Origin: Patescibacteria group bacterium
GTDB lineage: Bacteria > Patescibacteriota > Microgenomatia > Levybacterales > UBA12049
Direction of reading: 5' to 3'
Length of the DNA stretch: 64,000 nucleotides
Assembly (NCBI GenBank): GCA_038064195.1
Contig: JBBTTO010000002.1
Span: 539,722 to 603,721, forward strand
A model generated the notes under the pieces. It was given only the letters and a program-made list of their open reading frames with translations. It had not been told where the DNA came from and ran no database searches. Positions within the stretch are counted from its first letter, which is position 1. Each line of letters opens with the position of its first letter. Position numbers and translations under genes: made by a program. Below are positions 10,384 to 20,581 of the stretch, piece after piece.

Positions 10384-11157
10384 ATGGAAAGATTTAGAAG
10401 GTTGGTCACAAGAAGAGTTCCTACAGTTGGAGAACCACCCTTAAGCATCGCAGAAGTACCTCCATCGGTTTCAGCTACTACAGCCGCACAATCGGAAACC
10501 AGAGCAAGTGAAGTTTTAGACCAAGAAAGGAAGCAATGGGAGGCTGCGTATATCGGTAGAGACTTCTTGGGTAAACGGGAATATCTGTTATCACTTGCTT
10601 TGCGGGATGACCCTTTAAAAAGAATTTACGCAGCTCTTGGAATTAATGATTTAGGGGCAGAGATTGACATTCCTCTTACTGACCTTACTCCCCAAGAAGA
10701 GTTAGCTCGGGATGCATACTTAAAAGCAACTTTTTTCGGTGAGGTTGATCCAGATAAATACCATGAATTTGCGACTGACTCATTTACAAAAGATCACTTA
10801 CTAGCGCTATTAAATAGAAATGCGGCAGGTGTCCAACCAGGCGATGTTACTGATTGGTTCCACACAACTTTTGGAGTAACCCATCTTGAACGATATGGAT
10901 CTGTTTATATTGGCTCGCATGGTGGATTAGGTGAATATGGGTATGACCACAATGCAACGATTAGCCCTTTAAAACGAGATCATGATTCTAGGCAGAGAGA
11001 TGAGACTGAGGAAATGTCGATGGGGAAAGCTATTGATTTTGCTCATGTTGTTCGTAAATCACTGCCGCATATAGATATGGTACCCTTAGCAATTCCTACC
11101 TACCTCCAAGACGCACAGGATGCTTTACAATTCCTTCCCCGAGATTGGGCAGCATAA
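10384..11157 (+). CDS. Hypothetical protein
   Basis: Long ORF; TATAAT at 10361-10366; no motif recognised. Confidence 0.7.
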   Translation: MERFRRLVTRRVPTVGEPPLSIAEVPPSVSATTAAQSETRASEVLDQERKQWEAAYIGRDFLGKREYLLSLALRDDPLKRIYAALGINDLGAEIDIPLTDLTPQEELARDAYLKATFFGEVDPDKYHEFATDSFTKDHLLALLNRNAAGVQPGDVTDWFHTTFGVTHLERYGSVYIGSHGGLGEYGYDHNATISPLKRDHDSRQRDETEEMSMGKAIDFAHVVRKSLPHIDMVPLAIPTYLQDAQDALQFLPRDWAA

Positions 11158-11401
11158 GTTCTGATCTTAATACCTCTTGTCATCCTTTTTCAAAGAGCAC
11201 AAAACTTGTTGACTTTGCTTCTTGTTATTGTTACATTCAAGATGTCATAAGATGACAAAGAAATGCCATAAGAAATTTACGGTATTTCTTAAGGGCATGA
11301 AGCTAAAAAGCGGGCTCGCTAAGCAGGCGGCCCGTGTTTTAAGACAAAGGAATTAAATCTTCTCCTTGTTCCCTCATTATCTTTTCAATATAATCCAACT
11401 C

Positions 11402-12334
11402 ATGCGTGAGAGAGATGGAAATGGTGTGTCCAGACGGGCAATTCTTGGCGCTGCTCTTGATAAAACAATTTCTCAAGACCCCCTTATCGGAAGAGCCGCG
11501 GATATACTTGCGCCTGAGACCAGACCTCAAGTTCAAAGACTCCGCGAGTTGCAAGAAGGTGTAGAGAATATCCCAACACAGATAATTGCTTCAGCTATAG
11601 GAGATGTTATTAAACTTTATCCGATAGTTTATCAAGTCGATAGTTTGGGGCCAGGTATGAACTATGTCATTGGCGCGGTTCTTCTTCCCTTAGGCTCTGT
11701 AGATGTAGAATTGCAAAATATTTATTGGCACGGAATAATTTACAGCGGTATTGAAAAATCTTCAGTCCATTTCAATCCAGATTCACAGAGTCTTGCAGAA
11801 GTACATATAAATTTTGATGGAAGTGGTGAGGATACAGGTATGTCAAATTATGGAGCAGCTGAGGATTTTAATCCTTTAATACAAATGAGCAGAGAAGAGT
11901 CTGATCTCTATGGTGAGGAGCTTGATAACCAAGGATTTCTGAACTTTGACCAGAGTATTATTTTAGAAGCTATTTATCAAGCAGTCGTCTATGGCGAGAG
12001 AAGTACCTATTGGCAAGATACTGTTGTGCCGATGCTCAGGATGGATGAATTAACCGCATTTAATAGGGCATGGCACGAGGGGTTATTGCGCTCGCGTAAT
12101 ATTGATCCCGAGTTATTTGAAGTTGTTAGTCGGCAGCTACCTATAAGAGAAAGTATGGAGCTTATTAAATCTGGAGGTAGAATAAAAAGATTGGATGCCA
12201 TGAGATATCTGGGTCGTGAAGCAACAAGGCGAGCTCGGGATTTGCTTGTGCCAAGGAATGAAGCTGGAGATTCACTGAGGCAGCTTAATGGTAGAATCAT
12301 TTTTAATGAAACTGATTTTGAAATTGATGAGTAG
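11402..12334 (+). CDS. Hypothetical protein
   Basis: Long acidic ORF; no motif recognised. Confidence 0.7.
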   Translation: MRERDGNGVSRRAILGAALDKTISQDPLIGRAADILAPETRPQVQRLRELQEGVENIPTQIIASAIGDVIKLYPIVYQVDSLGPGMNYVIGAVLLPLGSVDVELQNIYWHGIIYSGIEKSSVHFNPDSQSLAEVHINFDGSGEDTGMSNYGAAEDFNPLIQMSREESDLYGEELDNQGFLNFDQSIILEAIYQAVVYGERSTYWQDTVVPMLRMDELTAFNRAWHEGLLRSRNIDPELFEVVSRQLPIRESMELIKSGGRIKRLDAMRYLGREATRRARDLLVPRNEAGDSLRQLNGRIIFNETDFEIDE

Positions 12335-12400
12335 TTTTTTTATATACTATCGCGTATTTCTACGGCAGAGGAACTAGCTTCAGATTAATCCCGGCAATTA

Positions 12401-13414
12401 CTATTTTGTAAATAGGAGCTGTAAGAATTCTTTATATCCTCTTTTAAATCTTCTTCGCGTCGCTACTTCAAGCATAAGTTCAATCATTGCTACAAATAAC
12501 AACCAGTAAACAAAAATAGCTATTTTCTGACTGATATATATATTACCAGATATATACGCTGCAAAGGACAAAAATATTAATACACCTGATACTAAAAAAG
12601 TTACCTCACTTCGTAAACGATAGATTAAAATACCCATCATCCAAATTATTCCAAATATACGGAAATCCTGCAGCACAAGCGAATTAAATTCAGGTGAAAA
12701 CGTCATAAAGATAATAAGAAGTGAAAGATAAAAATAATTTACTTTGGCACCGAGATTTTTATTAAACAGAGCGAAAAATACATAAAAAATGAAAGGAGTG
12801 AGATGAAGTAATTGTTGAGCTGAATCTGCTACATTTGAAGAGGGTTTTGTTGTTTTTCTTTCAATAAAATTAACTGTATCACCAATATTTAGTAGGGCAT
12901 ATTTTATGGAGTATTTGTATTTAGTGACAAAAATTTGTTCATGTGGAGAAACATAGATTGCATCATCCTTTTTACCCAGCGTTGATTCGATCTGAAAATC
13001 ATACGTTTTCCCTTTTGAGTTGACAATTACCGGAAAGCCGAAGGTAAAAAGTTGATTATCCTGGAATTGGTCAACTTTATAATTTGCTTGATAATACCAG
13101 TCTCTTTCACCTTTTTCTTTTATCTTAAAAATAAGGATGTCATTACCTGCTCGTTTATAAGTGCCAAACCTTATCGCGAGGATTCCCAAATTGTTTGAGT
13201 GTGCGACGAACTCTCCGGTTATTATTTCCCCTTTCATAAGAGGTGTTTTAATCGGAGCAATTATATCTTTTTGAGTTTTTGGGTAAGCAATTATTGAAAC
13301 TGGCTCGCTTGTATCGAAGTTACGAAAAAAATAAAGAAAAAAACCAAATAGGAGAAGAGCACAAGGAATAATGAGCCATTTTAAGAGCAGATAAAAGAAA
13401 TGATGTGTTTTCAT
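12401..13414 (-). CDS. Membrane protein with extracytoplasmic beta-rich domain
   Basis: N-terminal TM, soluble domain, several C-terminal TM helices. Confidence 0.7.
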   Translation of the reverse strand: MKTHHFFYLLLKWLIIPCALLLFGFFLYFFRNFDTSEPVSIIAYPKTQKDIIAPIKTPLMKGEIITGEFVAHSNNLGILAIRFGTYKRAGNDILIFKIKEKGERDWYYQANYKVDQFQDNQLFTFGFPVIVNSKGKTYDFQIESTLGKKDDAIYVSPHEQIFVTKYKYSIKYALLNIGDTVNFIERKTTKPSSNVADSAQQLLHLTPFIFYVFFALFNKNLGAKVNYFYLSLLIIFMTFSPEFNSLVLQDFRIFGIIWMMGILIYRLRSEVTFLVSGVLIFLSFAAYISGNIYISQKIAIFVYWLLFVAMIELMLEVATRRRFKRGYKEFLQLLFTK

Positions 13415-13529
13415 AACAAGTAACAATTATTCTAATCTAAATCGGTAAAATGATAAAATATCATTTTTCTTGTTTGCTGGGCTTTGGCATTATGTTACTA
13501 TGTTATTATGCTACCATAATGCCATAAAA

Positions 13530-15014
13530 ATGTTTATCAACTTTCTTAAGAAAAATTTTCATATTCTTTTACTTCTCACTATCCTTTCCAGTATATTCAG
13601 AATTTTCTTTATGGACAACATTCAGTTCGCGGCTGATCAATCTTTCAGTTTTTGGACTGTATATTCCTTAGTTGTTAATCACCAGGTTCCATTTATTGGA
13701 ATGATGTCAAGTGCTGGATACTATAATTTCCCGTTATTTGTCTATTTTTTGTCCTTTCTTTCTCTTATATACACTGAGATACGATTCTTAACTTTTGAGA
13801 TCGCTCTGTTGAATGTTCTAGCTGTCCTGGGCTTCTATTATTTTGCCAGAAAATTTTATTCTCAGTTTGTGGCAGTTTCATCGTCATTATTGCTCTCCCT
13901 TGCGCCGTGGCCTATTCTTTTTTCACGTGTTATTTGGCAACAGGATGTCATTATAGTATTTCTTCTTCCTTTTCTCTATTTTCTCCATCGCCTCATCTAT
14001 CTTAAGGACAAAAATTCTTCCTTTGGCTTATTTCTTTTCGGAACACTACTTATGCAAATTCACACTTCGGGTATATTCTTTGTCGTGATAACCGCAGTCT
14101 ACGCTTACTCCCAAAAAGTTTCGATCAAAAAAATACATGCGATTTTAGGAACTGTTCTTGGACTCATACCGGCTCTTCCTTACTTCAGATATCAATTTTT
14201 CTCAGGTATCCTTTGTGCTGATTGCTCCCGCTTAGCCCATACCCGTTCAAATACATTTACCCTTGATATATTTAATTTTTTACGACCCTTAGAACTGTTA
14301 ACAACTTCTAACTTTGATTTCCAGCTAGGGAAAAGTTATCAGGAGTTTGTTAACTCCAGTTTTTTGGTAACCCCCATACAAATTGTTACGTTATTTAGTA
14401 GCATTTTGGTACTCATTGGTATCTATGTTGTTCTTAAGAAAAAGAGAAAGTATAACTTGTTAGCAGTCTACGTCATATTTTTACCAATTTTATATTTTTT
14501 TACTGGGAACGTTGCCTATATGCATTACTACGCTGTTATTGTTCCAATTGTGGCCTTACTTGCCGGTCTCGGGTTCCAGTATTTGCTGCAGCTAACCAAA
14601 AACAAAAGAATACGGAGATCTCTTTACGTTCTGTTTTCACTTGTTTTGATAAGTTTTTTTCTTTTTGAAGTTCTGTTTAATTCATTTCTCTCGACCAAAA
14701 AGATAGTGTTAGGAGATTATGCTCGTATCTGGGAAGTCGGAGAAAATATAATGAATCGCCGGCTACAACCGTATAGGCATGAACCTTATTATACAGAGTT
14801 AAAATACCTTTCATCTATTTATATCTATAGTACTCTGTTTCATTTAGTAGCAGGAGATTATTTAGTAACAAAAAACAATGTAAAAGGAGCCATCTTTGAA
14901 TATTCACAGTACTTAGATGGTACACCTGACATACCAGGTACACCTGGCGATATTCAAGTAAGACAAAAACTGGAAAACCTTAAAGGCTTACTGCAAAATG
15001 AAAAGCAGAAGTAA
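13530..15014 (+). CDS. GT-C (PMT/ArnT-like) membrane glycosyltransferase
   Basis: Acidic ADQ loop after TM1, P..G...S...YNFP, SRVIWQ; many TM helices. Confidence 0.75.
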   Translation: MFINFLKKNFHILLLLTILSSIFRIFFMDNIQFAADQSFSFWTVYSLVVNHQVPFIGMMSSAGYYNFPLFVYFLSFLSLIYTEIRFLTFEIALLNVLAVLGFYYFARKFYSQFVAVSSSLLLSLAPWPILFSRVIWQQDVIIVFLLPFLYFLHRLIYLKDKNSSFGLFLFGTLLMQIHTSGIFFVVITAVYAYSQKVSIKKIHAILGTVLGLIPALPYFRYQFFSGILCADCSRLAHTRSNTFTLDIFNFLRPLELLTTSNFDFQLGKSYQEFVNSSFLVTPIQIVTLFSSILVLIGIYVVLKKKRKYNLLAVYVIFLPILYFFTGNVAYMHYYAVIVPIVALLAGLGFQYLLQLTKNKRIRRSLYVLFSLVLISFFLFEVLFNSFLSTKKIVLGDYARIWEVGENIMNRRLQPYRHEPYYTELKYLSSIYIYSTLFHLVAGDYLVTKNNVKGAIFEYSQYLDGTPDIPGTPGDIQVRQKLENLKGLLQNEKQK

Positions 15015-15067
15015 CTATTACTAAATCTGCTGGACCTCTGAAATCCCTAAAGTCGTATAATACGTAA

Positions 15068-17383
15068 GTGTACATGAATTTCTTAAGATTTCTCGGAATA
15101 TTTTCTTGTTGCCTCTTACTCGTTAGTTTTATAATCTACCTTTTCCCTAAATTTAACAATATAGCCACTTTTTCAGCAGCTATCCAGTCTGCACATAACT
15201 CAGGTTCCGTCAAATTATTTCCCATTGAGTCATTTGTTTATTTCTTGATGTTAAGCGGGGACTGGCTTTTTGCAAGAATAGATAACCTCATTCCGTTCTT
15301 TCCATCGTTTATCCGAGTTGTCTGGTGGAATACTCAGGTAATTTCTTTCGTTTCGTTAATACCGGTGATCGGATTATTTGCCTTCGGGATCTTGAGAAAA
15401 CCCAAAGTTTCACTATTTCTTTTCTGTCTCTTTTTTCTCTGGCTACTTTCTCCCGGCAAATTGATGACCAATAGCTGGAATTCCTATGTTATTACCCATA
15501 GATTTGACATCAAATTTCCCTGGTCAGAAAGATATATTTGGATGAATGACGGCAATGATCATAACAATGAGTATGTACAGTACAACTATTCCTGGCTTCA
15601 GAAAAATAGAATACAAAAGTCAGAGATTACTATTTCTTGCCTCGGACATTATCGTCTCTCAGTCAATAATAAGCGAGTTTATCATGGTCCAGCATTTGCT
15701 GTTTTACCGAAAGTCTATACTGATACGCTGAATATCGCTCCATTTATACATCTAGGGGAGAATGAGATCGAAATTGTCTGTCTTCATATTGATGGTATAA
15801 ATCATGAATATCCTGCTTATCTTACAAGCGGTCTTTTGGTCGGAGGTCAAATTCAGGATGGGATTTTGGCTCATAATTTGGCTGACAATCGGCTGTGGAA
15901 GCACACCATTACGCAAACAGTCAAACCTGTAGAGCGGATATTTGATGCTGGGTATAAAGAGGCATATGACCTTACCAAGTCAGAAGTATTTTCTCATATT
16001 CCTTATAAAATCGAACCAAAATATATAATTCTTCCTCGTCCAATACCTCTTTTGAACTATCAGTTTGCTAAGTTAAATGAGATAGCCCCAGGTATCTATG
16101 ATTTAGGTACTTTCTCAACCGGTTATTTACGTATACAGTCAAAGCAAATCAAACCGTGTAGCGAAAATATTATATACGGAGTAAGTCTCGATCAGACCGG
16201 CTTTCCTCTGATCTATATGGGACAAAAAGATTCGTTAGTTTTTCCGGCAAAAAGTATAGACTGGGAACAAATGTCACGTCGATCGGGAAGGTATATCGGA
16301 TTTAAAGGTAATTGTGATATGAATAAAATGAAGGTTTCCTTCACACGGGTTTTAAATAACTTATCTCTCCCCAATGCTCCGAAAAGTTTAACAGCCGAGG
16401 ACAAATCAATTTTTGAGATCAGTCTTAATTCTCTGCGAAATAATGTTCAGGATCATATCGAAGATTCTGTTGATCGGGAGAGAGCGACTTATTTGGGGGA
16501 CGCTCTTGCCGTCTCACGCTGTCTTCTTGTTGAAAGCGGCAATGAGGATATGGTCAAACAAACGATTTTACAATTTGCGGAGAGTCAAAAGAGCAATGGT
16601 TCTTTCCCGTCAATGGCTCCCTCAGGCCTTGATCAGTTCATACCATCGTACTCACTCCAGTGGTCTGAGCTTTTGGATTTGTATATGGTTAAAACCAATG
16701 ATAAGCAGTTTGCTAAGGCAATGTGGCCCCATCTTCAAAAATTGGCAGGTTGGGCTAAAGACAATACTTCTCCGGAGGGGTTTTTTACAAACATTCATCA
16801 TGAAAAAAACTGGTGGAATTTTTTTGACTGGACACCCACCTCGACATCACTTGCGTATCAAACCCAAAATCAGTTGTTGTACCTGCGCACGCTGGAAATT
16901 ACAGCGGAAGTAACAAAAACACTTGGTAGGGATTCAGATCAATATCAAAAACAAGCACTAACACTTAAGAAAAATCTTTTGGTCTATGCCTTTGACTCAA
17001 ATAAAAAAGTGTTTTTTGATAGTTTTGATTTGACAAAGAGAGATGGAATTAGCTTGGTAACCAACGCTCTGGCAGGATCATTGGGAATTTTTCCAACCAG
17101 TCTGGCCAATGATTCAGCAATCGAGTATTTTAAGGATGACTACACAACGCAAAGTCCATATTCCGAATCTTGGGTAGTAGACTGGATGATCCGTTCCGGT
17201 AAAAAAGATTTGGCTTTACATACAATACGTGACTACTGGGGAGGTATGGTCAGAGACGGAGCCACAAATGTTTACGAGGTTTATAAGCCCGGGGTACTGA
17301 GGCCTGACGAGCTCAACCAAAGCTATTCTCATGCCTGGGGCTGTGGCCCTGTATATCAATATAAAAAGATAGTTACGGAGTAA
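15068..17383 (+). CDS. Membrane-anchored alpha-L-rhamnosidase-like glycoside hydrolase (GH78)
   Basis: DSVDRERATYLGD, FFDW, GATNVYE and SHAWG motifs; N-terminal TM segments. Confidence 0.8.
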   Translation: MYMNFLRFLGIFSCCLLLVSFIIYLFPKFNNIATFSAAIQSAHNSGSVKLFPIESFVYFLMLSGDWLFARIDNLIPFFPSFIRVVWWNTQVISFVSLIPVIGLFAFGILRKPKVSLFLFCLFFLWLLSPGKLMTNSWNSYVITHRFDIKFPWSERYIWMNDGNDHNNEYVQYNYSWLQKNRIQKSEITISCLGHYRLSVNNKRVYHGPAFAVLPKVYTDTLNIAPFIHLGENEIEIVCLHIDGINHEYPAYLTSGLLVGGQIQDGILAHNLADNRLWKHTITQTVKPVERIFDAGYKEAYDLTKSEVFSHIPYKIEPKYIILPRPIPLLNYQFAKLNEIAPGIYDLGTFSTGYLRIQSKQIKPCSENIIYGVSLDQTGFPLIYMGQKDSLVFPAKSIDWEQMSRRSGRYIGFKGNCDMNKMKVSFTRVLNNLSLPNAPKSLTAEDKSIFEISLNSLRNNVQDHIEDSVDRERATYLGDALAVSRCLLVESGNEDMVKQTILQFAESQKSNGSFPSMAPSGLDQFIPSYSLQWSELLDLYMVKTNDKQFAKAMWPHLQKLAGWAKDNTSPEGFFTNIHHEKNWWNFFDWTPTSTSLAYQTQNQLLYLRTLEITAEVTKTLGRDSDQYQKQALTLKKNLLVYAFDSNKKVFFDSFDLTKRDGISLVTNALAGSLGIFPTSLANDSAIEYFKDDYTTQSPYSESWVVDWMIRSGKKDLALHTIRDYWGGMVRDGATNVYEVYKPGVLRPDELNQSYSHAWGCGPVYQYKKIVTE

Positions 17384-17436
17384 CTGCGAGAATTTAAGCC
17401 TGTTTTTTCTTCTCCAGACAGGTATACTGGAGAGAG

Positions 17437-18780
17437 ATGAAGAGAATCGCTTTTTACGGTGCTTCCGGTGAGGTTACGGGATCTTCATATTTGGTTACCA
17501 ACGCGAATGATTCCCAATTTCTTATAGATTTTGGTATGTTCCAGGGTCCCAAAGAAGTCGTTGATCTCAACTACAAACCCCTGCCCTTCAAACCCTCAAG
17601 TATTGCTGCTGTTTTTCTGACGCATGCTCATTTAGATCATTGCGGGAGACTGCCCTTACTTGTTTTTAACGGATTCAACGGCAAAATCTACATGACCGCT
17701 CCGACCAGAGCTTTTGTCGAGATCATCCTGAATGATTCCGCCAAAATTGCCATGGAGAGTACGGACTATGCTCCGCTTTATGGTATGGAGGAAGTAGAGA
17801 AAGTCATGCGAATGATTGAGGTAGTCAGTTACGAAAAAGAGTTCTCGGTTGGCAATTCATCAATTATCTACCATGATGCAGGTCATATTCTCGGTTCCGC
17901 AAGCATTGAAATTCATGACCGGGGGGATAATAAGCGGATGGTTTTCAGCGGTGATCTGGGTAACAGCCCCGAAGACATTGTCAGGCCAACAACCTTTATT
18001 GATCAGGCAGATTACGTCGTCATGGAGTCAACGTATGGTGATAAATCCCACCCTAGAGAGGATGTTTCAGTAATTATTAAAGAGGAAATTAACGCCACTG
18101 AAAAAAACAGCGGCGTTCTTCTCATTCCTGCCTTTTCACTTGAGCGGACACAGGAACTTTTGCACCGGATCCATCATTTAAAAAAAGACGGCAGCATTAA
18201 CGCCGATACGCCGGTTTTTCTGGATAGTCCCATGGGTATTCATGCCACAGTCATTTTCAGGGACTTCAAAGAGTTTTATAACGACGAGCTTAGATCACAT
18301 ACCGATGATCCTTTTGATTTTCCGGGACTGGTCATCACTGAAGAGGCTCGGGATAGTAAAGAGATTATTAAAGCCATGGCTCCTAAAGTCATCATTGCCG
18401 GATCGGGAATGCTCTCAGGCGGCCGCATCATGCATCACGCGGTTAATTATTTGAGTGATAAATATACGCGGGTGCTTTTTGTAGGCTATCAGTCAGAAGA
18501 GACGTTGGGGCGAAAAGTCAGTGAGGGGGCTAAGCATATCCAGATTGATCGTCATCAGATCAACGTAAAAGCAACAATTAATTCGATTCAGTCACTTAGT
18601 TCACATGCCGACCAGCCAAAGCTGATTACCTGGATAGGTCATATAAAAGGCGTGCAAAAGCTTTTTCTTACCCATGGAGAAATCACTCAGCGGGAAGTCC
18701 TTGCCCAAAAGATTAAAGATACTCTCCACTCACCAAGCATCATACTTCCGCTCAACGGTCAGGAGGAAGTCTTAGAATAA
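17437..18780 (+). CDS. MBL-fold beta-CASP ribonuclease
   Basis: VTGS, THAHLDHCG, AGHILGSA, FSGDLG, MESTYG and SSHAD motifs. Confidence 0.93.
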   Translation: MKRIAFYGASGEVTGSSYLVTNANDSQFLIDFGMFQGPKEVVDLNYKPLPFKPSSIAAVFLTHAHLDHCGRLPLLVFNGFNGKIYMTAPTRAFVEIILNDSAKIAMESTDYAPLYGMEEVEKVMRMIEVVSYEKEFSVGNSSIIYHDAGHILGSASIEIHDRGDNKRMVFSGDLGNSPEDIVRPTTFIDQADYVVMESTYGDKSHPREDVSVIIKEEINATEKNSGVLLIPAFSLERTQELLHRIHHLKKDGSINADTPVFLDSPMGIHATVIFRDFKEFYNDELRSHTDDPFDFPGLVITEEARDSKEIIKAMAPKVIIAGSGMLSGGRIMHHAVNYLSDKYTRVLFVGYQSEETLGRKVSEGAKHIQIDRHQINVKATINSIQSLSSHADQPKLITWIGHIKGVQKLFLTHGEITQREVLAQKIKDTLHSPSIILPLNGQEEVLE

Positions 18781-18799
18781 GTTAATAGTAATTATCCTC

Positions 18800-18830
18800 T
18801 TGACAGTGTTATTAGCAAGGAGTATATAGT
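18800..18830 (+). promoter_or_regulatory. Sigma70-type promoter of the Rhs locus
   Basis: TTGACA at 18800-18805 and TATATA/TATAGT at 18823-18830. Confidence 0.55.
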
Positions 18831-18857
18831 GAGGGTAAGGTAGAGATCCTACCATAT

Positions 18858-20168
18858 ATGGGTAAGCTAACACACAAAGTTGCCCTGTTATCATTAACAA
18901 TTCTTTTCTTCTTTTCCACCTCGGTTGCTCCTGCGCTGGCTGCAATTACTTACCTTTATGATGCCAACGGTAATCTGACATCCGACGGGAGCAAATGTTA
19001 TGAGTACAATCAGGAAAATCAATTGGTCAAAGTTAAGACGTGTGGCAACAGTCAGACTATCGCCGAGTATGTCTATGATTATCAAGGTCAGCGATTAGTC
19101 AAAAAAGAATACAGTAACGGTACGCTGCAAAAGACCACTTTTTCTCCCGGCGATTCATATGAAACCGTAAAGTTAGTAAGCGGTACGACGCAAAACACTT
19201 CATATTATTTTGCCAATGATGAGCTCATCGCTAAGAAAAATCCCGATGGCTCAAAAAATTATTTCCTCACTGATCACTTAGGCTCTGATTCCGTCCAGAC
19301 AAATCAAACCGGGACATCGGTTGAGTCTACTCAATACGATCCGTGGGGAGAAGTATTGGCTGGAGGAACGAAAAATAAATTCCAGTACACAGGTCAGGAA
19401 AAAGACAGTGAGACAGGGCTCAACTACTACAACGCGCGCTACTACGATCCCCACACCCGCCATTTTACCCAGGCAGATGGGTTAGTGCAGGACATTTATG
19501 ATCCACAACTACTTAACAGATACGCTTACGTACGTAATAATCCGATCAAATATTCAGATCCAAGTGGAAACTTTGTTTTCTTGGCTGTACCTCTAACAAT
19601 GTGGGTGGTAGCAGCATTCTTAGGTGGTTCAGCAGTCTATACTGCAACTCCTCAGGGACAAAAAACAGTTCAGAGTGCACTTAGATCGGCTTATCAAGGA
19701 GCCAATAGTTTAGTATCACAGTCTAGGAACGCTGTATCGAATGTATCAAAAGCAATAGCTAATTCTACAAAAACTGGATCTCAATCTACCAACCCGTCCA
19801 ACTCTTCTCCAAAGAATAACTCACCATATGGGAAGAGTCCAAACTTAGGGCCAATTCAAAAAATAGCACCACTCGCTCCAGCAGCAGAACAGGCAATCGA
19901 AAAAATCCATGGTAACGATCTCAGAAATTCTTTGAATACAATTGGTTACACCTTGAGAGATACAGGTTCCGGGGTCATTCAAAAATTCGGTATAACCTCA
20001 AATCAAGCGAGTAGATATTCCCAAACTTATCTCAATTCAAATAAGCTTGAGCTTGTACAAGAGGTTGAGGGCTCCAGGCATGATGTTTATGTCTGGGAGC
20101 ATGAGCAAATAGGAGAGTACTTAATGAAGAATTTAGAATTACCTTCACTTAATAAGTCATTGCATTAG
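18858..20168 (+). CDS. Short secreted Rhs protein: signal peptide, terminal YD repeats, Rhs core, Tox-URI2-like nuclease tip
   Basis: Signal peptide ending APALA; YDANGN, TDHLGS, YDPWGE, YTGQEKD, ARYYDP, NRYAYVRNNPIKYSDPSG; tip HGND...Y.L....KFGIT...RY. Confidence 0.88.
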   Translation: MGKLTHKVALLSLTILFFFSTSVAPALAAITYLYDANGNLTSDGSKCYEYNQENQLVKVKTCGNSQTIAEYVYDYQGQRLVKKEYSNGTLQKTTFSPGDSYETVKLVSGTTQNTSYYFANDELIAKKNPDGSKNYFLTDHLGSDSVQTNQTGTSVESTQYDPWGEVLAGGTKNKFQYTGQEKDSETGLNYYNARYYDPHTRHFTQADGLVQDIYDPQLLNRYAYVRNNPIKYSDPSGNFVFLAVPLTMWVVAAFLGGSAVYTATPQGQKTVQSALRSAYQGANSLVSQSRNAVSNVSKAIANSTKTGSQSTNPSNSSPKNNSPYGKSPNLGPIQKIAPLAPAAEQAIEKIHGNDLRNSLNTIGYTLRDTGSGVIQKFGITSNQASRYSQTYLNSNKLELVQEVEGSRHDVYVWEHEQIGEYLMKNLELPSLNKSLH

Positions 20169-20170
20169 TT

Positions 20171-20581
20171 ATGAGATTTTTTATTACATCAGAAAACCAT
20201 ACAACTATAGCAGATAAGGTGAGATCTGTTCGTAATTCGATTGGACAGAAAATTAGTAAAATGGCTGAAATGAAAGATTATGGACAAAGCGTTAGTTATT
20301 GGGGCCATATCTCAATTGTAAATCCTTCTAGTGTATATGATAAGGGTTTCTATCCTGAAGTTAAAAAATATTCTGGTAGTAAAAAAGAGGTCGAGCTTCG
20401 ATTGAAAATAGACTATGATGATGTCGTTAATGGTGACGAGAAAAAGTTATATACACTTTTTACGGATTCAATTCTTAGAGGAGTTCATATCGCAGAATCT
20501 GAATTAAAAATTGATGACTTTGATTTCAAAAGATTTAGAGCAGATTTAAATGAACTGTTTAGTAAGGAGGGATGGCTATGA
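20171..20581 (+). CDS. Immunity protein, Imm44-like
   Basis: 2 nt after the toxin stop; MRFFITSE...DYG...E.RLKIDY pattern; Imm44 is a known neighbour of URI-fold toxins. Confidence 0.7.
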   Translation: MRFFITSENHTTIADKVRSVRNSIGQKISKMAEMKDYGQSVSYWGHISIVNPSSVYDKGFYPEVKKYSGSKKEVELRLKIDYDDVVNGDEKKLYTLFTDSILRGVHIAESELKIDDFDFKRFRADLNELFSKEGWL

